A program made the translations under genes and the position numbers. From Sminthopsis crassicaudata (lineage: Eukaryota), in the NCBI RefSeq assembly GCF_048593235.1, contig NC_133619.1, positions 268,598,454 through 268,662,453 of the forward strand: DNA of 64,000 bases, in the 5' to 3' direction. Every line of letters begins with the position of its first letter. The first letter of the stretch is position 1. Of the stretch, positions 61,885 to 64,000 are shown one piece after another. The notes beneath the pieces were generated by a model, which made no database searches, had not been told where the DNA came from, and saw only the letters and a list, made by a program, of their open reading frames with translations.

Positions 61885-62299
61885 TGAAGTTCCAGTGTAG
61901 AAGGAGCTGGGGCCTATGATTATATATCTGGGCAAGAACCATGGACTAGGGGTGCTGGAACTCTGTCTTCCCAGAAATCAGCCCAAGTCAGGAAGACTAA
62001 ACGTCTTTATTCTTGATCTTTTATGGTCAAGGTCAGGGGGTTAGGTCTAGCAATCTCACACACACCTTCCTGCCTCAAATGCCAGAAGAGACTGACTCAG
62101 CATCAGCTTTCAGTTTCCTCTTCCTCCTCCTACTCCTCCCACACACGTCACTTCCCCCTCTTTGTCCCACCAATCAAGTCAGCACAGAACAGCTGGGGAG
62201 GGTCAACCTTCAAACAAGTTAACAGGGAACCTTCCAATTGGCAATTAGTCTCACGTGCTCCATTATCCAAATGAATTTGCTCAGTTCTAGCCCTTTACA
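61885..62299 (-). mobile_element. Solo LTR (~415 bp)
   Basis: TG...CA ends; imperfect 5-bp TSD agggt/agggg; AATAAA on minus (plus 62006-62011). Confidence 0.65.
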
Positions 62300-62599
62300 A
62301 GGGGCATATTGAAAGCTCTTTTGTGGTAAGGGTTAGGCTGTCTCTCTGCCACTCAGAAATGGACTTGGAGTTCCCATGGTCTGTTTCATTCCCACTTTCC
62401 AATTCTAGGTGCAAGTGGCAAGGTCTCCCTGGATCTAGAGGCTTCAGTGACAATGAAATTGGAGACAGAATTCCAAGACAGTTATGTAGCCAGGCAGTCC
62501 ATCAGGGAAGCTCTAAACAACCACAGCATCAGAACTCAATCGCAAAGGAGTTTTGGACTTGAAACCTGGTGGAACTGATGCTATATAAGAATTGAGCTA

Positions 62600-64000
62600 A
62601 ACTAGCAATTTAATCTTTCTCCATTCTGTTAATATAGAAATAATTAGATTTGGAAATATATTGGATAAATGGAGTAAGAATGAGAAACTGAGTATGATAC
62701 TAGGGTTGTAAGTCTGAATGATTAGGAAGTTAGTGGTTCCATGAATAATAAAAGAAAAATTCTGAAGAAGGGAGAAAGAACAATGAAATTTGTTTTGGAC
62801 ATGCTGAGTTTGATGCCTATGGGATGTCCACTTTCTTATCTTGTAAAAGTACTTGGTGGGGTCCAATCAGGAATCAGGACATGGTCTAGGACTAGATATA
62901 GATCTGGGAATCATCTGTATTGCGATGATAGGATCCATGGAAGCTAATGAGATCACTAAGTGAGAAACTATAAAAATAAAGAGTGAAGAGAGCCCAGAAT
63001 AAAGCCTTAGAAGACACCCATAGTCAGGGTTCATGCCATGAATGAAAATTAACAAAGGAGACAGAAAGAAGTAATCAGACAAGAGAACTTGGAGAAAGAA
63101 ATGTCACAGACCTAGAGAGGGAAATGCAACTAGCAAGAGAAAGTGGTCACCAGTGTGCAATGACAAATGATAGTAGCTCTTTTTGTGGCAACAAAGAATC
63201 GGAAATTGAGAGGGTGTCCATCAATTGGGGAATGGCTAAACAAATTCTGTTATATGATTGTGAGGGAATACAATTGTTCTATTAGAAGTGACAAATAGGC
63301 AATTTTCAGAAAAACCTGGAAAGACTTATGCAAACTGATACAAAGCGAAGTTAGCAGAACCAGGAGAAAGAACATTGTATACAGTAACCAACTATGAATG
63401 ACTTAGCTATTCTTAGTAATACAAGTATCTAAGATAACAAATAACTCTTGATGAAACCTGCTCTACACTTCCAGAGAAAGAACTGATAGAGTCTAAATGC
63501 AAATCTAAACAGATATTTTTTACTTTAATTTTAAATTTTTTTGGTTTTTTTCATGACATGATTACTATATTTTGCATGTATAACCTATATAAAATTACTT
63601 GCTGTCTCAGGAAAGAAAGAAGAGAGGGAAGAGGGAGAAAATTTGGCACTCAAATATTTACAAAACAAATTTTAAAAAATATTTTAAATATAATAGGGGA
63701 AAATTAAATATTAAAAAAAATAAATCCTGTTATCCTGAAAACAAAAAATAATAAAGTTTGCAATAAGGTCAAGAAGGATGAAGATTGAGAAAAGATTGGC
63801 AATTAAGAGATCACTGATAAAATTCCTGCAGGGCAGTTTCAATTGACTGATGTTTATAACAGAAGTAACGAAGGGTAGACATATACAGAGAGACAGTCAC
63901 TAGAGGAAGGTAACAGCTTCAAGGTGCTATAGTGCCCGGTCAATGAAAGTCAAATTGTAAAGAAAAGTCAACCCTAGGAATCCAGCATGAGAATTTTCCA
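62600..64000 (-). mobile_element. L2 (62600-63170 and 63760-64000) interrupted by an L1
   Basis: Minus acagatgattcccagatctatatc encodes TDDSQIYI, the degenerate L2 YADD motif. Confidence 0.7.
63170..63750 (+). mobile_element. L1 ORF2 tail and 3'UTR
   Basis: ctctttttgtggcaacaaagaatcggaaattgagagggtgtccatcaattggggaatggctaaacaaat. Confidence 0.8.

Noticed and set aside
1-64000. tRNA genes, CRISPR arrays, rRNA, NUMTs, CpG island, ERV internal genes
   Set aside because: tRNA-like segments are SINE heads. I saw no regularly spaced repeat-spacer array, no rRNA- or mtDNA-like stretch, no CpG-rich region and no gag/pol/env or primer-binding site next to the LTRs.

Overview
AT-rich, CpG-poor, repeat-dominated mammalian DNA with two N gaps. 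The mix of Mar1/MIR CORE-SINEs, RTE-tail repeats, marsupial-type L1, L2 and CR1/L3 points to a marsupial, probably a dasyurid (inference). I cannot support any host protein-coding gene. The only clearly real long ORF is a 5'-truncated young L1 ORF2 C-terminus (23073-23787, minus), and most other ORF-track entries fall in repeats, microsatellites or N runs. I found no evidence of a new biological system. The most interesting structures are: (1) a three-copy target-site duplication at 39673-40917 bracketing an L1 and what looks like a retrocopied mRNA 3' end; (2) a candidate terminal exon plus polyA site at about 3230-3410; (3) nested LTR/L1/SINE stacks at 8.7-10 kb and 15.7-19.3 kb; (4) an apparently ORF2-deleted L1 with a young L1 nested in it; (5) a CTCF/GC-box/CRE/CCAAT motif cluster near 49.3-49.5 kb; (6) a short coding-like frame at 38224-38366. 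Family names come from pattern recognition, not a database search. Boundaries without a stated TSD are approximate.
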